Source: a virus (lineage: Duplodnaviria; Caudoviricetes). Taken from it: a stretch of DNA of 36,617 bases. The position numbers and the translations under genes are program-made. Shown in pieces: positions 15,869 to 25,496 of the stretch. Numbering within the stretch: the first letter of the stretch is position 1; each line of letters opens with the position of its first letter. The notes beneath the pieces are model-generated. The model was not told where the DNA came from and searched no databases. It saw nothing but the letters and a program-made list of their open reading frames with translations. The DNA is taken from positions 1 to 36,617 of the IMG/VR virus record IMGVR_UViG_3300032212_000081; one strand, given 5' to 3'.

Positions 15869-17275
15869 ATGTTCAAGAAAAATACAGCGGTTACAGGGTT
15901 CAGCGTAGGGCTAGTCAGTGCTACTGATGGTAGCGACATAACCACAGGCACGCCAGTAGGCTATTATACGTTAGATGGCGGCGCTCAGACGGCTATCGGT
16001 GATGTAACACCAGTCCATGAGGGAAATGGCCTTTGGTCATTCGATCTGACAGCCGGTGAAATGAATGGCGATATAGTTGCATTAACATTTACACATACAT
16101 CTGCCATAACAGCGCATTTCACGATTAAAACCGATACCAAACTAGTCAGCGAATTAAACGACATAGCAGCAACGGCAATAGTTAGCGGTGGCGCAATCAA
16201 TACCACTACAGGCGCGGTTGATAATGTGACTACGGTTGCAACTACCACCACTAATACCGATATGCGTGGAACAGATAACGCAGCACTAGCCACAGCACTA
16301 GCAACAGCGCAAACAGACTTAGATACAATAACTGGTTCTGATGGTGTTACTTTAGCCACAACACAAGCATTGTACGCTCCTTCTAAAGCAGGCGATGATA
16401 TGGGGCTATCGGCTACGGCAACATCAGCACAATTAGTTGATGACATATACGATGAAGCGGAAAGCGGCCATAATGTTGCCGGTTCGTTTGGTAAAGGATT
16501 TAGACAGGTGAAAGAGGGCACGGTATCAGTCGAGTCAACTATTAACGATGCCGGAGCAACTACAACCTCATTTATCACTGCATTGACAGAGGCAACAGAC
16601 GATCATTACAAAGATACCTCAATGGTGTTTATAGATGGTGCGCTATCGGGTCAATCTCGGCCTATCTTTAGCTATAACGGCACAACCAAAACAATCACGC
16701 TGGACGAGGCGCTAACCGAAGCCCCTGCTAACGGGGATGGATTTATTATAAAGACAGATCATGTTCACCCTATTTCGGATATACAATCAGGACTCTCGAC
16801 TCTGGTGGCTACTGATATAGTAAGTTCTGGCCCGATTACTACCAGTGCGGGAGCTGTTGCTAATGTTGATCTAGTGGACGTTTGTACAACAAATACCGAC
16901 ATGGTGTCAGCGGCTCCAACAGCCGTACAAAATCGACAGGAAATGGATAGTAATAGCACTCAGTTAGCGGCTATTATCGCAGACACGGCAGATATGCAGC
17001 CAAGAATCGGCACAATGGAAACCGATATAAACAACTTAGACTTGGGTATCATCTATAGCACCGCGGCAACAGGAACATTAACCACTACATCAGCAACCAC
17101 AAATCTCTCTGGCTATGGTGATAATCAGCTAGTAGGGGCGCACATCATCGTAACAAGTGGTGCAGCAGAAGGGGAACGTAGAGAAATAACGGCTTATACA
17201 TCAGTAGGCGGTGTTGTTGAGTTCGCAGCAATGACATCGGCAATGGCAAACAATGATACGTTTAAAATAGTGTAA
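15869..17275 (+). CDS. Thr/Ala-rich fibre-like putative virion protein with internal repeats
   Basis: Two copies of AT.IVS.G.I.T..GAV.NV......TNTDM and two copies of an ~75-aa domain ending in A(N)..D.F.I. Confidence 0.75.
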   Translation: MFKKNTAVTGFSVGLVSATDGSDITTGTPVGYYTLDGGAQTAIGDVTPVHEGNGLWSFDLTAGEMNGDIVALTFTHTSAITAHFTIKTDTKLVSELNDIAATAIVSGGAINTTTGAVDNVTTVATTTTNTDMRGTDNAALATALATAQTDLDTITGSDGVTLATTQALYAPSKAGDDMGLSATATSAQLVDDIYDEAESGHNVAGSFGKGFRQVKEGTVSVESTINDAGATTTSFITALTEATDDHYKDTSMVFIDGALSGQSRPIFSYNGTTKTITLDEALTEAPANGDGFIIKTDHVHPISDIQSGLSTLVATDIVSSGPITTSAGAVANVDLVDVCTTNTDMVSAAPTAVQNRQEMDSNSTQLAAIIADTADMQPRIGTMETDINNLDLGIIYSTAATGTLTTTSATTNLSGYGDNQLVGAHIIVTSGAAEGERREITAYTSVGGVVEFAAMTSAMANNDTFKIV

Positions 17276-17276
17276 T

Positions 17277-17699
17277 ATGGGTACTCGTCTAGGGTTATAC
17301 GGTGGCTCAAGGGGTGACTATGGCGTTATCCCAGCACAGCCACCAGCACAGGAAGAAATAGGGCCAAGCGTAACAGGTATTAAAATTATGATGACATTGA
17401 ACAAAAACGAATACGGAACGGTTTTATATGCTGATCTAAACGCAGATATATCGGCAGCTACCGCGCTAAACTTTGTTTTATTGCCAAGGGTAGGTGATAA
17501 AAAGGAATTTACCGGAACGCTAGGCACAACGGACGTTACTGTTGATGATGAAATCTACACTGCAAATGAGTACATGACATACACGTTACTGGATGGTGAC
17601 TTAGATCAGTCTGGTTTGTGGCAACTCAAAGGAGAAGCTACAATGTCAGCAACAAAAGTAATATACGGCGATTACAAACATATATCGGTATTAGACTAA
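17277..17699 (+). CDS. BppU N-terminal-like beta-sandwich protein
   Basis: E.GT.L...L..DISAAT..........K.......G....Y....GDLDQSG.W pattern. Confidence 0.6.
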   Translation: MGTRLGLYGGSRGDYGVIPAQPPAQEEIGPSVTGIKIMMTLNKNEYGTVLYADLNADISAATALNFVLLPRVGDKKEFTGTLGTTDVTVDDEIYTANEYMTYTLLDGDLDQSGLWQLKGEATMSATKVIYGDYKHISVLD

Positions 17700-17708
17700 T
17701 GATTTTAA

Positions 17709-17784
17709 TGGCGCACCACCTAGGAGGTGATCCGTATCTATCAAGGAGCTTACCCGACAATAGGGGTAAAGGACTATCCCGCCA
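17709..17784 (+). ncRNA. Multi-branched structured element containing AGGAGGTGATCC
   Basis: TGGCG/CGCCA closing stem, CACCT/AGGTG and TTACCC/GGGTAA hairpins. Confidence 0.5.
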
Positions 17785-17798
17785 ACAGGTTAACGAAT

Positions 17799-17966
17799 AT
17801 GGGAACCGTAATAGACTTTGCAGAACACAAAGAAAGGATTGATAGAGAAAATCAATTGAATGATGATTCTCGATTGATGTTATATATTCTATTTATGCAA
17901 AGCGACGATGATTTCCAGAATGACTATAAACAGCTACATGATGAAATTGAATTGAGGTGTAAATAA
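17799..17966 (+). CDS. Small hypothetical protein (MGTVIDFAEHKERI...)
   Basis: Start revised to ATG 17799; TAATG-coupled downstream. Confidence 0.6.
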   Translation: MGTVIDFAEHKERIDRENQLNDDSRLMLYILFMQSDDDFQNDYKQLHDEIELRCK

Positions 17967-18154
17967 TGAAGATTATCAAATGGTTTGGATCATTGTTTAT
18001 TAGTCCGCCGCCAGAAGATGTGTATGTAGAGGCGGCAGAGAAAGCTATTGAGTATCAAAAAAGGATACATATGGAATCGGGATTATCTCAAGAGCTATGC
18101 GACATTGTTATATTTGAAAGTGGTTATATACCAGAAAATAGAGTGCTTCACTAA
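17966..18154 (+). CDS. Hypothetical protein
   Basis: TAATG coupling at both ends. Confidence 0.6.
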   Translation: MKIIKWFGSLFISPPPEDVYVEAAEKAIEYQKRIHMESGLSQELCDIVIFESGYIPENRVLH

Positions 18155-18627
18155 TGGCGTCCCCAGACGGCAATAAGTTCTGGTTGAAAAGAGCCAAGAG
18201 CGGCAGAGATAAGATATTCTCTGATTCTGCATGTCTATGGGAGGCCGCTTGTGAATACTTTGAATGGGTAGACGAGAATCCTTTAGAGGGCGAGAAGCTG
18301 TTTAGTTTCCAAGGTGGGGTAGTGACTGGCGACTATAAAAAGATGAGAGCAATGACAATAGATGGCCTTTGTTTGTTCTTAGGCATAGGTCGTAGCACAT
18401 GGGGAGACTATAAAGCTAGAGATGATTTTTCGGAAGTCGTTGAGCAAGTAGAGAATGTGATACGCTCTCAGAAGTTCGCAGGAGCCGCAGCAGACTTATT
18501 AAATGCCAATATTATAGCCAGAGACCTTGGTCTAAAGGATGCATCGACAAATGAGCATACAGGGGCTAATGGTGGGCCTATTCAAACAACACAAATTAAC
18601 TTTATCCCAGTAGGAAACAAAGACTAA
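18154..18627 (+). CDS. terS: Terminase small subunit, P22 gp3-like
   Basis: GNKFW..R...GR..IF....LWEAACEYFEW...NPL, RAMTI.GLC.FL, QKF.GAAADLLNANIIARDLGL. Confidence 0.93.
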   Translation: MASPDGNKFWLKRAKSGRDKIFSDSACLWEAACEYFEWVDENPLEGEKLFSFQGGVVTGDYKKMRAMTIDGLCLFLGIGRSTWGDYKARDDFSEVVEQVENVIRSQKFAGAAADLLNANIIARDLGLKDASTNEHTGANGGPIQTTQINFIPVGNKD

Positions 18628-20141
18628 TGGGCTGCGAGGCTAAACAGGTCGATATCGAATATGTGAATAAGCTTGAGCCTGTCTTTACTAAGCCAAAGCG
18701 GATTAAGATTGTAGTCGGTGGGCGTGGTTCTACTAAATCCACGGGGGTGGCTGATTATGTGGCTGCTATGCTGTCTAATGGTCAATTATGGTGCTGTGCA
18801 AGGGAGCATCAAAACTCTATCGAGGAGTCAGTACACAGAACTATACTGGATGAGATTAGTCGTTTAGGGCTGCCGGACTTCACAGACACCAAAACAAGTA
18901 TTACCCATGAGTCAGGAGGCCGTGCTTTTTATCGAGGTTTATCAAGAAATATCACTTCGCTAAAGAGTACGCTATCTGGTGTCGATGGGCTATGGATAGA
19001 GGAAGGCGAGGATTTATCAGATAATACATTGAGAGTGCTTACTGCATCGGTTCGATTAAACGCAGAGGATACCCAGCGTAAGATTGACGGTGAAGATATT
19101 AAAATGCCTGAAATCATTATCACAATGAACAGAGGCTCTAAATCTGGTGCGGTGGCTAAGAAATGGCTAGTACGTGCAGAAAAAGAGCTGGCAAGGTGCG
19201 GATACTATGAAGATGATCTAATCATGGTCATTGAGATGAATTACACCGACATGCCGCAGGACTGGTTTAAGATGTCAGGACTTGAAGAAGAAAGGCTTGA
19301 TGATGTCGATAAATTATCAACGGCTGCGTATGAGCATAAGTGGCTAGGCCGATACCTTGATACAGTAGATAACGCGATTATTAAGCCGGAATGGTTTGAT
19401 GCGTGTGTTGATGCTCATAAGATAGACAGGTTAAAGAAAGTATTCGAGCCTCATGGCGCTAAAGTCGCTGCTCACGATCCATCAGATACAGGAAACGACC
19501 CGAAAGGATTTTCATTGCGCCACGGCTCTATTATCAAATTGGCAAAAGAAAAGCTAACAGGCGAAATAGATGAGGGGTGTGACTGGGCTACAGGTCTGGC
19601 TATACAGAATCAGGCTGATTGGTTCGTATGGGATGGTGATGGAATGGGAACAGGTCTAAAAAGACAGGTGTCAGATGCTTTTGAAGGTACGCATATTAAG
19701 TATCATATGTTTCGCGGCTCTCAATCTGGATTATCACAGGATAATGCAAAGAAAATCTACATGCCTGCAATTGGCGACAACGACACAAAGCCTAAAACAT
19801 ACGCAGAGACATTCCTTAACAATCGCGCTCAATACCATATTATTTTGGCGAATATGTTTTATAACACTTACAAATGCGTAGTTAGAGGTGAATACATCGA
19901 CCCAGAGGATATGATTAGCATTGATTCTGAGGGCGTAGATAACTTGCAGGGATTGCGATCAGAGGCTTGCAGTGTTCCGTTAAAGGATAATTCACGCGGG
20001 CTAATGCAGATATTAGGTAAAAAAGAAATGAAGGCATTGGGTATCGATTCGCCTAACGTATTTGAATCAATAATGATGAGTATATTTATGCCTCGTATTG
20101 TCACAGAATCAAAACCAATTAATTTTTCAAGTGAGTTTTAA
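18627..20141 (+). CDS. terL: Terminase large subunit (PBSX/Sf6-like)
   Basis: GGRGSTKS Walker A, CAREHQNSIEESV, WIEEGE Walker B, AHDPSDTG.D nuclease, DSPN. Confidence 0.95.
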   Translation: MGCEAKQVDIEYVNKLEPVFTKPKRIKIVVGGRGSTKSTGVADYVAAMLSNGQLWCCAREHQNSIEESVHRTILDEISRLGLPDFTDTKTSITHESGGRAFYRGLSRNITSLKSTLSGVDGLWIEEGEDLSDNTLRVLTASVRLNAEDTQRKIDGEDIKMPEIIITMNRGSKSGAVAKKWLVRAEKELARCGYYEDDLIMVIEMNYTDMPQDWFKMSGLEEERLDDVDKLSTAAYEHKWLGRYLDTVDNAIIKPEWFDACVDAHKIDRLKKVFEPHGAKVAAHDPSDTGNDPKGFSLRHGSIIKLAKEKLTGEIDEGCDWATGLAIQNQADWFVWDGDGMGTGLKRQVSDAFEGTHIKYHMFRGSQSGLSQDNAKKIYMPAIGDNDTKPKTYAETFLNNRAQYHIILANMFYNTYKCVVRGEYIDPEDMISIDSEGVDNLQGLRSEACSVPLKDNSRGLMQILGKKEMKALGIDSPNVFESIMMSIFMPRIVTESKPINFSSEF

Positions 20142-20143
20142 TC

Positions 20144-22282
20144 ATGGCTGATAATTCAGAAGAATTGCAGAAAATACACAGAGAATCTATCGACGCTTTC
20201 GCATTGGTTGAAGATGCTGAGAGAGATCAGAGAAAGAAAGCAGTAGAAGATATGCTCTTTGTTGATTCAGAGGATGGTCAGTGGGATGACAATGCAAGGA
20301 AGGCCCGTAAGAATCGTCCTATGTACACTGTTGATCTAGTTAGTGAGGCATTGAATCAGATTATAGGTGATCAGCGACAGAGTAAGACACGGGTAAAGGT
20401 TAATCCTGATGGTGGTGGGGCTGATGTTGATACCGCTAATATATACGATGGCATTATCCGTAGTATTGAGAAGCAATCACATGCTGAGAATGCTTATGAT
20501 AACTCATTCAAAGAATCATTGAAGGGTGGTTATGGTGGGTGGCGTTATCTCACCAAATACAACGATGATGATATTTTCAAGCAGGATATAGTCGTTAAGC
20601 CTATTAACTCGGCTGTTACTTCGCTGTATTTCAATGTGGATGCGAAAGAGTACGACAAGCGGGACGCTACCAAGGCATGGTTAATAACAGAAATGTCTAC
20701 AGCGGCATTCGAGGCAGAGTATCCAGATGCCACGATTACAGACTTTAACAAAGATGATTACAAGCAAGGCGGCTGTAGTCTATGGTTTAATGGCGACAAT
20801 ATAAGAATTGCTGAGTATTGGAAGAAAGAGCCAGTTAGTAAAAATATTGCGCTTATGTCAGATGGCAAAGTCATTGATCTTGATGAAGAAAGCAAGGTGT
20901 TAGATGAGCTGAAAGCCAATGATGTAACGATAGTTAAAAAGCGCACAGTTAAATCTCATAAAGTTGTTATGTACAAAATGAACGGCGCTGAGATATTAAG
21001 CGGGCCGCATGAATGGGCTGGTAAATATATCCCGTTAGTACCTGAATATGGTGAAATCTCACATGTAGAAGGTAAAACATTTGTTCGTGGTAAGGTTCGC
21101 AAGGCCAAAGACGCTGCACGTATTTACAATTACACGACATCGGCAAAGATTGAAGCAACAGCACTGACAGCCAAGGACCCGTACTTCGCCACTAGAAAGA
21201 TGGCAGAAGGTGAGGAATCGCAATGGGCTAAGATGAACACCAGCAATGACCCTGTTATTTTCTTTAAGCCTGACGCTGAGTTCCCCGGAATACCTCAAAG
21301 GGGCGGCGCACCACAGATGCAAAACTCATTGATTGAGCAAACACAGCAAGCGGCTAGTGATGTGCATTCGACTATGGGTATTCATTCCCCTGCATTGGGT
21401 AATGCTCCACAGTTATTAAGTGAAAAGTCTGTCATTAATCAGGCTGAAATGGGCGATAGAGGCTCGTTTGAGTACCGCGATAATCTTGAGAAGTCGAAAG
21501 AATACGGTGCTTTAATTTTGGTTGATCTTATCCCTAAGATTTACGACACCCCGCAAATGATCCAGATATTGAATATGGATGGCGGTGTTGAGTCTCATAA
21601 CATAAACATGGAGTCACTTGATGACTTTAACCAGCCTATTCTCGATGAAGAAACTGGCGAAACTGTTATTGTTAATGACCTCAAGAAAGGCAAGTATTCT
21701 GTATCGGTTGATACTGGGCCAGCTACCAAGACAATGCGAGAAGAAACAGCAAGGCAGCTAACAGACTTGGCCGCAGTTAGCCCGATGTTCGAACAGCTAT
21801 CGACTGATTTAATTGCTAAGAATCTGAATATTGGCGAGTCAGAAGAAATCACTAAGCGAATCAGAAAGCAGATGATTATTCAGGGTTTAGTCGAGCCTAC
21901 AGAGGATGAGGCAAAAGAAATGGGGCTAGATCAGCCGCAGCAACCATCAGCAGATGAGCAGGCGCTAGTTGATAATGTAGAAATGCAGACAGCAGAGATG
22001 CAGGCGAACATTGAGAAGAAAGACGCTGATACACAAAAAGTATTAGTTGAAACTCAGACAGAATCTATGTCGGGCTATAAGACATTGGTTGAAGCCTTTG
22101 AAAAGCAAGTTGCATTAGGCGCACCATTAACGGCTAATCAGCGCAATTTATTAATCACACAAGGCGATATAGTGGCAGGCGCTCAAGATATCACACAAGA
22201 AGGCCAACCAAACAGCGAACAGGCGGCTGATATTGTGCAGCAATTACAGACAGGTCAGCTAACAGAGCAGGACTTACAATGA
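20144..22282 (+). CDS. Portal protein, P22 gp1-like
   Basis: 712 aa after terL; GQW, GGYGGWR, GKYIPLVPEYG, G.VR.AKD..R.YNY, GKYSV.VDTGP. Confidence 0.93.
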   Translation: MADNSEELQKIHRESIDAFALVEDAERDQRKKAVEDMLFVDSEDGQWDDNARKARKNRPMYTVDLVSEALNQIIGDQRQSKTRVKVNPDGGGADVDTANIYDGIIRSIEKQSHAENAYDNSFKESLKGGYGGWRYLTKYNDDDIFKQDIVVKPINSAVTSLYFNVDAKEYDKRDATKAWLITEMSTAAFEAEYPDATITDFNKDDYKQGGCSLWFNGDNIRIAEYWKKEPVSKNIALMSDGKVIDLDEESKVLDELKANDVTIVKKRTVKSHKVVMYKMNGAEILSGPHEWAGKYIPLVPEYGEISHVEGKTFVRGKVRKAKDAARIYNYTTSAKIEATALTAKDPYFATRKMAEGEESQWAKMNTSNDPVIFFKPDAEFPGIPQRGGAPQMQNSLIEQTQQAASDVHSTMGIHSPALGNAPQLLSEKSVINQAEMGDRGSFEYRDNLEKSKEYGALILVDLIPKIYDTPQMIQILNMDGGVESHNINMESLDDFNQPILDEETGETVIVNDLKKGKYSVSVDTGPATKTMREETARQLTDLAAVSPMFEQLSTDLIAKNLNIGESEEITKRIRKQMIIQGLVEPTEDEAKEMGLDQPQQPSADEQALVDNVEMQTAEMQANIEKKDADTQKVLVETQTESMSGYKTLVEAFEKQVALGAPLTANQRNLLITQGDIVAGAQDITQEGQPNSEQAADIVQQLQTGQLTEQDLQ

Positions 22283-22311
22283 TTGAATAAATCAATCAAT
22301 AGTCTTATAAT
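22283..22311 (+). promoter_or_regulatory. Internal sigma70-type promoter upstream of scaffold/coat
   Basis: TTGAAT-N17-TATAAT. Confidence 0.65.
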
Positions 22312-22371
22312 CATTAACAAGGTTACGAATGCCTAATCATTCGGCTAAATACTCAATAATGAGGCGAAAAA

Positions 22372-23133
22372 ATGTCAGAAGAACAGCAGGCTGTACTTGA
22401 TGAGAATCAAGAGGCGCAAGCGGTTGAAGCTCAGGGCACTGAGAATCAAGACGCGGCAAATCAAGAGACTCAAGTGGATTCAGCAACCACAGAAGATGCG
22501 GAAGTAGACGGTGTTCAAAAACGCATTAACAAATTAACCGCAGAGAAATACGGTGAGAAACGAGGGCGTGAAGCAGCCGAGGAAGAAAACAGAAAGCTAA
22601 AAGAGCAGCTATCTGGAAGTAAACCTCAAGAGCCAGCAGGCAAGCCGACATTAGAGCAGTATGACTTTGATGAAAATCAATATCAGTCTGCCTTGATTGC
22701 TTATGAAGTCGATCAAAGATTGTCAGCAAGTCAAGAGGCGAAACAGAAAGAGCAGGCTAGAGCAAAGCAGCAGGAAATTGATGCGAGCTATGACAATGCC
22801 GAAGTAAAGTACGCGACTGAAAACCCTGAATATGTGAATGATGTTCAGAATCTACCGCGCTTTGCTAACGATACTCTTTCAATGATCAAGGCACAGGAAA
22901 ACGCGCCACAGTTGGTGCATTACTTAGGGAAAAACCTTGATATGGCTCAACAGATCGCATCACTCGACCCGATGAATGCAGCAGTGCAAGTCGGTGTAAT
23001 TTCTGCCAAGTTATCTGCAACTAACAAACAGACGGTGCAAACAAGTACAGCACCGGCTCCGATAGAGCCTATCACTACTGGTAATTCTTTAGCAGAAGAA
23101 CAGAGGGGGCCAGCCGGAGCTACTTATGAATAA
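22372..23133 (+). CDS. Scaffolding protein
   Basis: Acidic N-terminus, GVQKRINKLT coiled coil, KPTLEQYDFD, S.AP.PI.P; lies between portal and coat. Confidence 0.88.
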   Translation: MSEEQQAVLDENQEAQAVEAQGTENQDAANQETQVDSATTEDAEVDGVQKRINKLTAEKYGEKRGREAAEEENRKLKEQLSGSKPQEPAGKPTLEQYDFDENQYQSALIAYEVDQRLSASQEAKQKEQARAKQQEIDASYDNAEVKYATENPEYVNDVQNLPRFANDTLSMIKAQENAPQLVHYLGKNLDMAQQIASLDPMNAAVQVGVISAKLSATNKQTVQTSTAPAPIEPITTGNSLAEEQRGPAGATYE

Positions 23134-23142
23134 GGAATTACA

Positions 23143-24420
23143 ATGGCTAGTACAAATAATCTTGACAGTAACTTTTCGCGCCCGATTGCGGAATCATTCC
23201 TAAAAGGGTTTGAGTCCTCACGGGTTGTCACAAAAACAGTAAACACACAGCTACTTTCTGACAAGTTTTCACCTAAGTCAGGCTCACAAGTAGATTTTAA
23301 ACGTCCACATGACTACAAGTCTGACCGTACTTCTGACGGTGATATCTCAGCGGTTGATTCGTCTGATATCGTCGCTGGTAAAGCTACCGGTACAGTTCAG
23401 GACTATTTTACAGTTCACATGGACTGGGATGAAGTAGACGAAGCATTAAAGCTAGATAAGCTGGACGAAATCCTAAAACCATCAGCATCACGTCTGGTTA
23501 CAGACTTAGAGACTGATTTCAGCGCATATATGTACAAAAACAGCGGCCTACATTACGGGACTGTTGGTACAGCTATCGATGCGTGGTCTGATGTTGCAGG
23601 TGCAAACGCACTGATGGATTCAATCGGTGTGCCTAATGATGGTCGTCGTAACTACGTTATGAACCCATTTGTAACAGCGGCTTTGGCTGATGTGCAAAAT
23701 AGCTTAGGCAATGGCTCTGATAGCTTGGTTAATACAGCATGGCAGAACTCTGTTGTATCTAACAAACTGGCGGGTCTGCGTGTTATGTCATCAAGTTGTT
23801 TGGCTACTCGTACGTCAATGACTGGTGCGGATCGTGCCGGTACTTTGACGGCAGCCCCTACGGCTACTTATGCGGCGGCCAAAGACACCATGACACAATC
23901 AATCGCTGTAACGGCTCTGGAAGCAAACGCAACTGTTAAAGCTGGTGATATCATCACTGTGGCAGGCAGTAACCGTTTAAGTCTTTCGACTCGCGATAGC
24001 TTCATTGATGGCACGGGTGCGCAGGTCTTATGGTCTGGTACGGTAACGGCTGATGTAACTCTGGGCGCATCGGGTGAAGGCACTTTAGTAGTGGCTGGCC
24101 CCGGTATTCAAGAGGCTAACGGCCAATACAACACAGTTGACACAGCACTGGCTAACGGCGCGGTCATCACTGTATTGGGTGCGACTGGTGCAACTTACCA
24201 GCCTGCTATGTTCTATCATCAGGACGCTTATGGTATTGGCTCTGTACGCCTAAACAAGTTGTATGCAACGGATACTATCGCAACAACTGAGGACGGCATT
24301 CAGATTCGTGTAACCAAGTATTCAGACGGTGCTGCAAATAAGCAGAAAATCCGTTTTGATTTACTACCAGCATACGCCACGTTTAATCCGTTCTTTGCGG
24401 GTCAGGCTTACGGCGTATAA
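23143..24420 (+). CDS. Major capsid (coat) protein, P22 gp5-like
   Basis: 425 aa; G..V.FKRP, C-terminal RFDLLPAYATFNP; position; followed by a terminator. Confidence 0.93.
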   Translation: MASTNNLDSNFSRPIAESFLKGFESSRVVTKTVNTQLLSDKFSPKSGSQVDFKRPHDYKSDRTSDGDISAVDSSDIVAGKATGTVQDYFTVHMDWDEVDEALKLDKLDEILKPSASRLVTDLETDFSAYMYKNSGLHYGTVGTAIDAWSDVAGANALMDSIGVPNDGRRNYVMNPFVTAALADVQNSLGNGSDSLVNTAWQNSVVSNKLAGLRVMSSSCLATRTSMTGADRAGTLTAAPTATYAAAKDTMTQSIAVTALEANATVKAGDIITVAGSNRLSLSTRDSFIDGTGAQVLWSGTVTADVTLGASGEGTLVVAGPGIQEANGQYNTVDTALANGAVITVLGATGATYQPAMFYHQDAYGIGSVRLNKLYATDTIATTEDGIQIRVTKYSDGAANKQKIRFDLLPAYATFNPFFAGQAYGV

Positions 24421-24425
24421 CCATT

Positions 24426-24462
24426 AATAGTGAGGGTGTAAAAGCCCTCCTATTTTTCTTTT
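24426..24462 (+). terminator. Rho-independent terminator after the coat gene
   Basis: AATAG-t-GAGGG...CCCTC-CTATT stem followed by TTTCTTTT. Confidence 0.75.
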
Positions 24463-24480
24463 AATTAAAAGGTAAAGAAT

Positions 24481-24630
24481 ATGGCGATCTGGATTAAACC
24501 AAGCGGTGTAGAAGTAGAGCTTAACGAATCACCAGCAACCATTGAGGCAGCAAGGGCCAATAAATGGAAGCTAAAAGGCGAGAAGAAACCAAAGCCAAAG
24601 AAAGAAGAAACAAAGCCAAAGGCTGAATAA
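24481..24630 (+). CDS. Small Lys-rich protein, 49 aa (MAIWIKPSGVEVELN...)
   Basis: Read manually; AAGG RBS; occupies the slot between coat and gp4. Confidence 0.7.
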   Translation: MAIWIKPSGVEVELNESPATIEAARANKWKLKGEKKPKPKKEETKPKAE

Positions 24631-24632
24631 CC

Positions 24633-25067
24633 ATGGCTACGGCTCTGGATTTAATCGAAGGCTCATTTTCAATACTGGGTATTCGTGCAGCAGAAACGCC
24701 TATTGAATCTAGTATGGCGAATGAGGCATTAGAGATATTTAATGATCTCGGTCTTGAATGGGAGCTATCCGGTGCTAACTTAGGCTTTGCTCCTGTCAAT
24801 GATTTAGCTGATGAGGTGCGTATCCCTCGCGGTGCTCACAGCACGTTTAAATACAACCTAGCAGCAAGACTAGCACCTATCTATGAAGTTGCATTGAGCG
24901 CAGAGAATATAGCGATAGCTAATAACTCACTGCGAACCATGATGAGTGTCTATCGAAAGCCAATGCAATCTATCTACCCTGATACATTGCCAATGGGTGA
25001 GGCTAATGAATGCAGCACCTTCAACGACGACAATTTTTTTCCTACTGTCGAAAAGGAGAATTTTTAA
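24633..25067 (+). CDS. Head-tail connector, P22 gp4-like
   Basis: TALDLI...F..LG, ALE.FND...EW, YNLAARLAP.Y, YP.TLPMG..N. Confidence 0.85.
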   Translation: MATALDLIEGSFSILGIRAAETPIESSMANEALEIFNDLGLEWELSGANLGFAPVNDLADEVRIPRGAHSTFKYNLAARLAPIYEVALSAENIAIANNSLRTMMSVYRKPMQSIYPDTLPMGEANECSTFNDDNFFPTVEKENF

Positions 25068-25496
25068 ATGCAACCCATTAAATCAAGCGGAACTGGTGTA
25101 GCCGGTAACGTAACAACCAGCATAACAGCAGATAGTCGGCAGCGGTGCGTTTTATACGGCCAAGTTGTTTTGACTACTGATGCAACAGTAGCAAATAGAC
25201 GTGTCGTTTTCAGAATCACTGACAAAGAGGGCGATACTGTTTTTGATTCCCATTCAGGCGCTGTCGTGGCTGCGAGTCAATCAAATCAGCATCATGAGTT
25301 TATGCCCGGTATATTTAGAGAAACGTCTTTTATTGGTGATGCACTACAAGTACCAATTCCGATGCGCTGTTTATTGCCGGTTGGCTATACCCTACAAATT
25401 ATTGTTGAAAACGGTGTCGCCGGTGATAGCTATGATTACTCGATCTTAGCCGAGTATGTGCCGAGTGCTAAAGGCGTTGGTAGTCCTGCTCCGTAA
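25068..25496 (+). CDS. Hypothetical beta-rich protein, probably virion-associated
   Basis: AAGGAG RBS; coupled between the gp4- and gp10-like genes. Confidence 0.7.
   Translation: MQPIKSSGTGVAGNVTTSITADSRQRCVLYGQVVLTTDATVANRRVVFRITDKEGDTVFDSHSGAVVAASQSNQHHEFMPGIFRETSFIGDALQVPIPMRCLLPVGYTLQIIVENGVAGDSYDYSILAEYVPSAKGVGSPAP

Noticed and set aside
17727-17798. GTG start at 17727 for the 79-aa ORF
   Set aside because: The GTG lies inside the SD-like motif itself, so spacing is impossible; ATG 17799 is preferred.
23800-24190. Ala/Thr/Gly-rich insertion in the coat protein as a novelty
   Set aside because: Consistent with the insertion domain expected in P22-like coat proteins.
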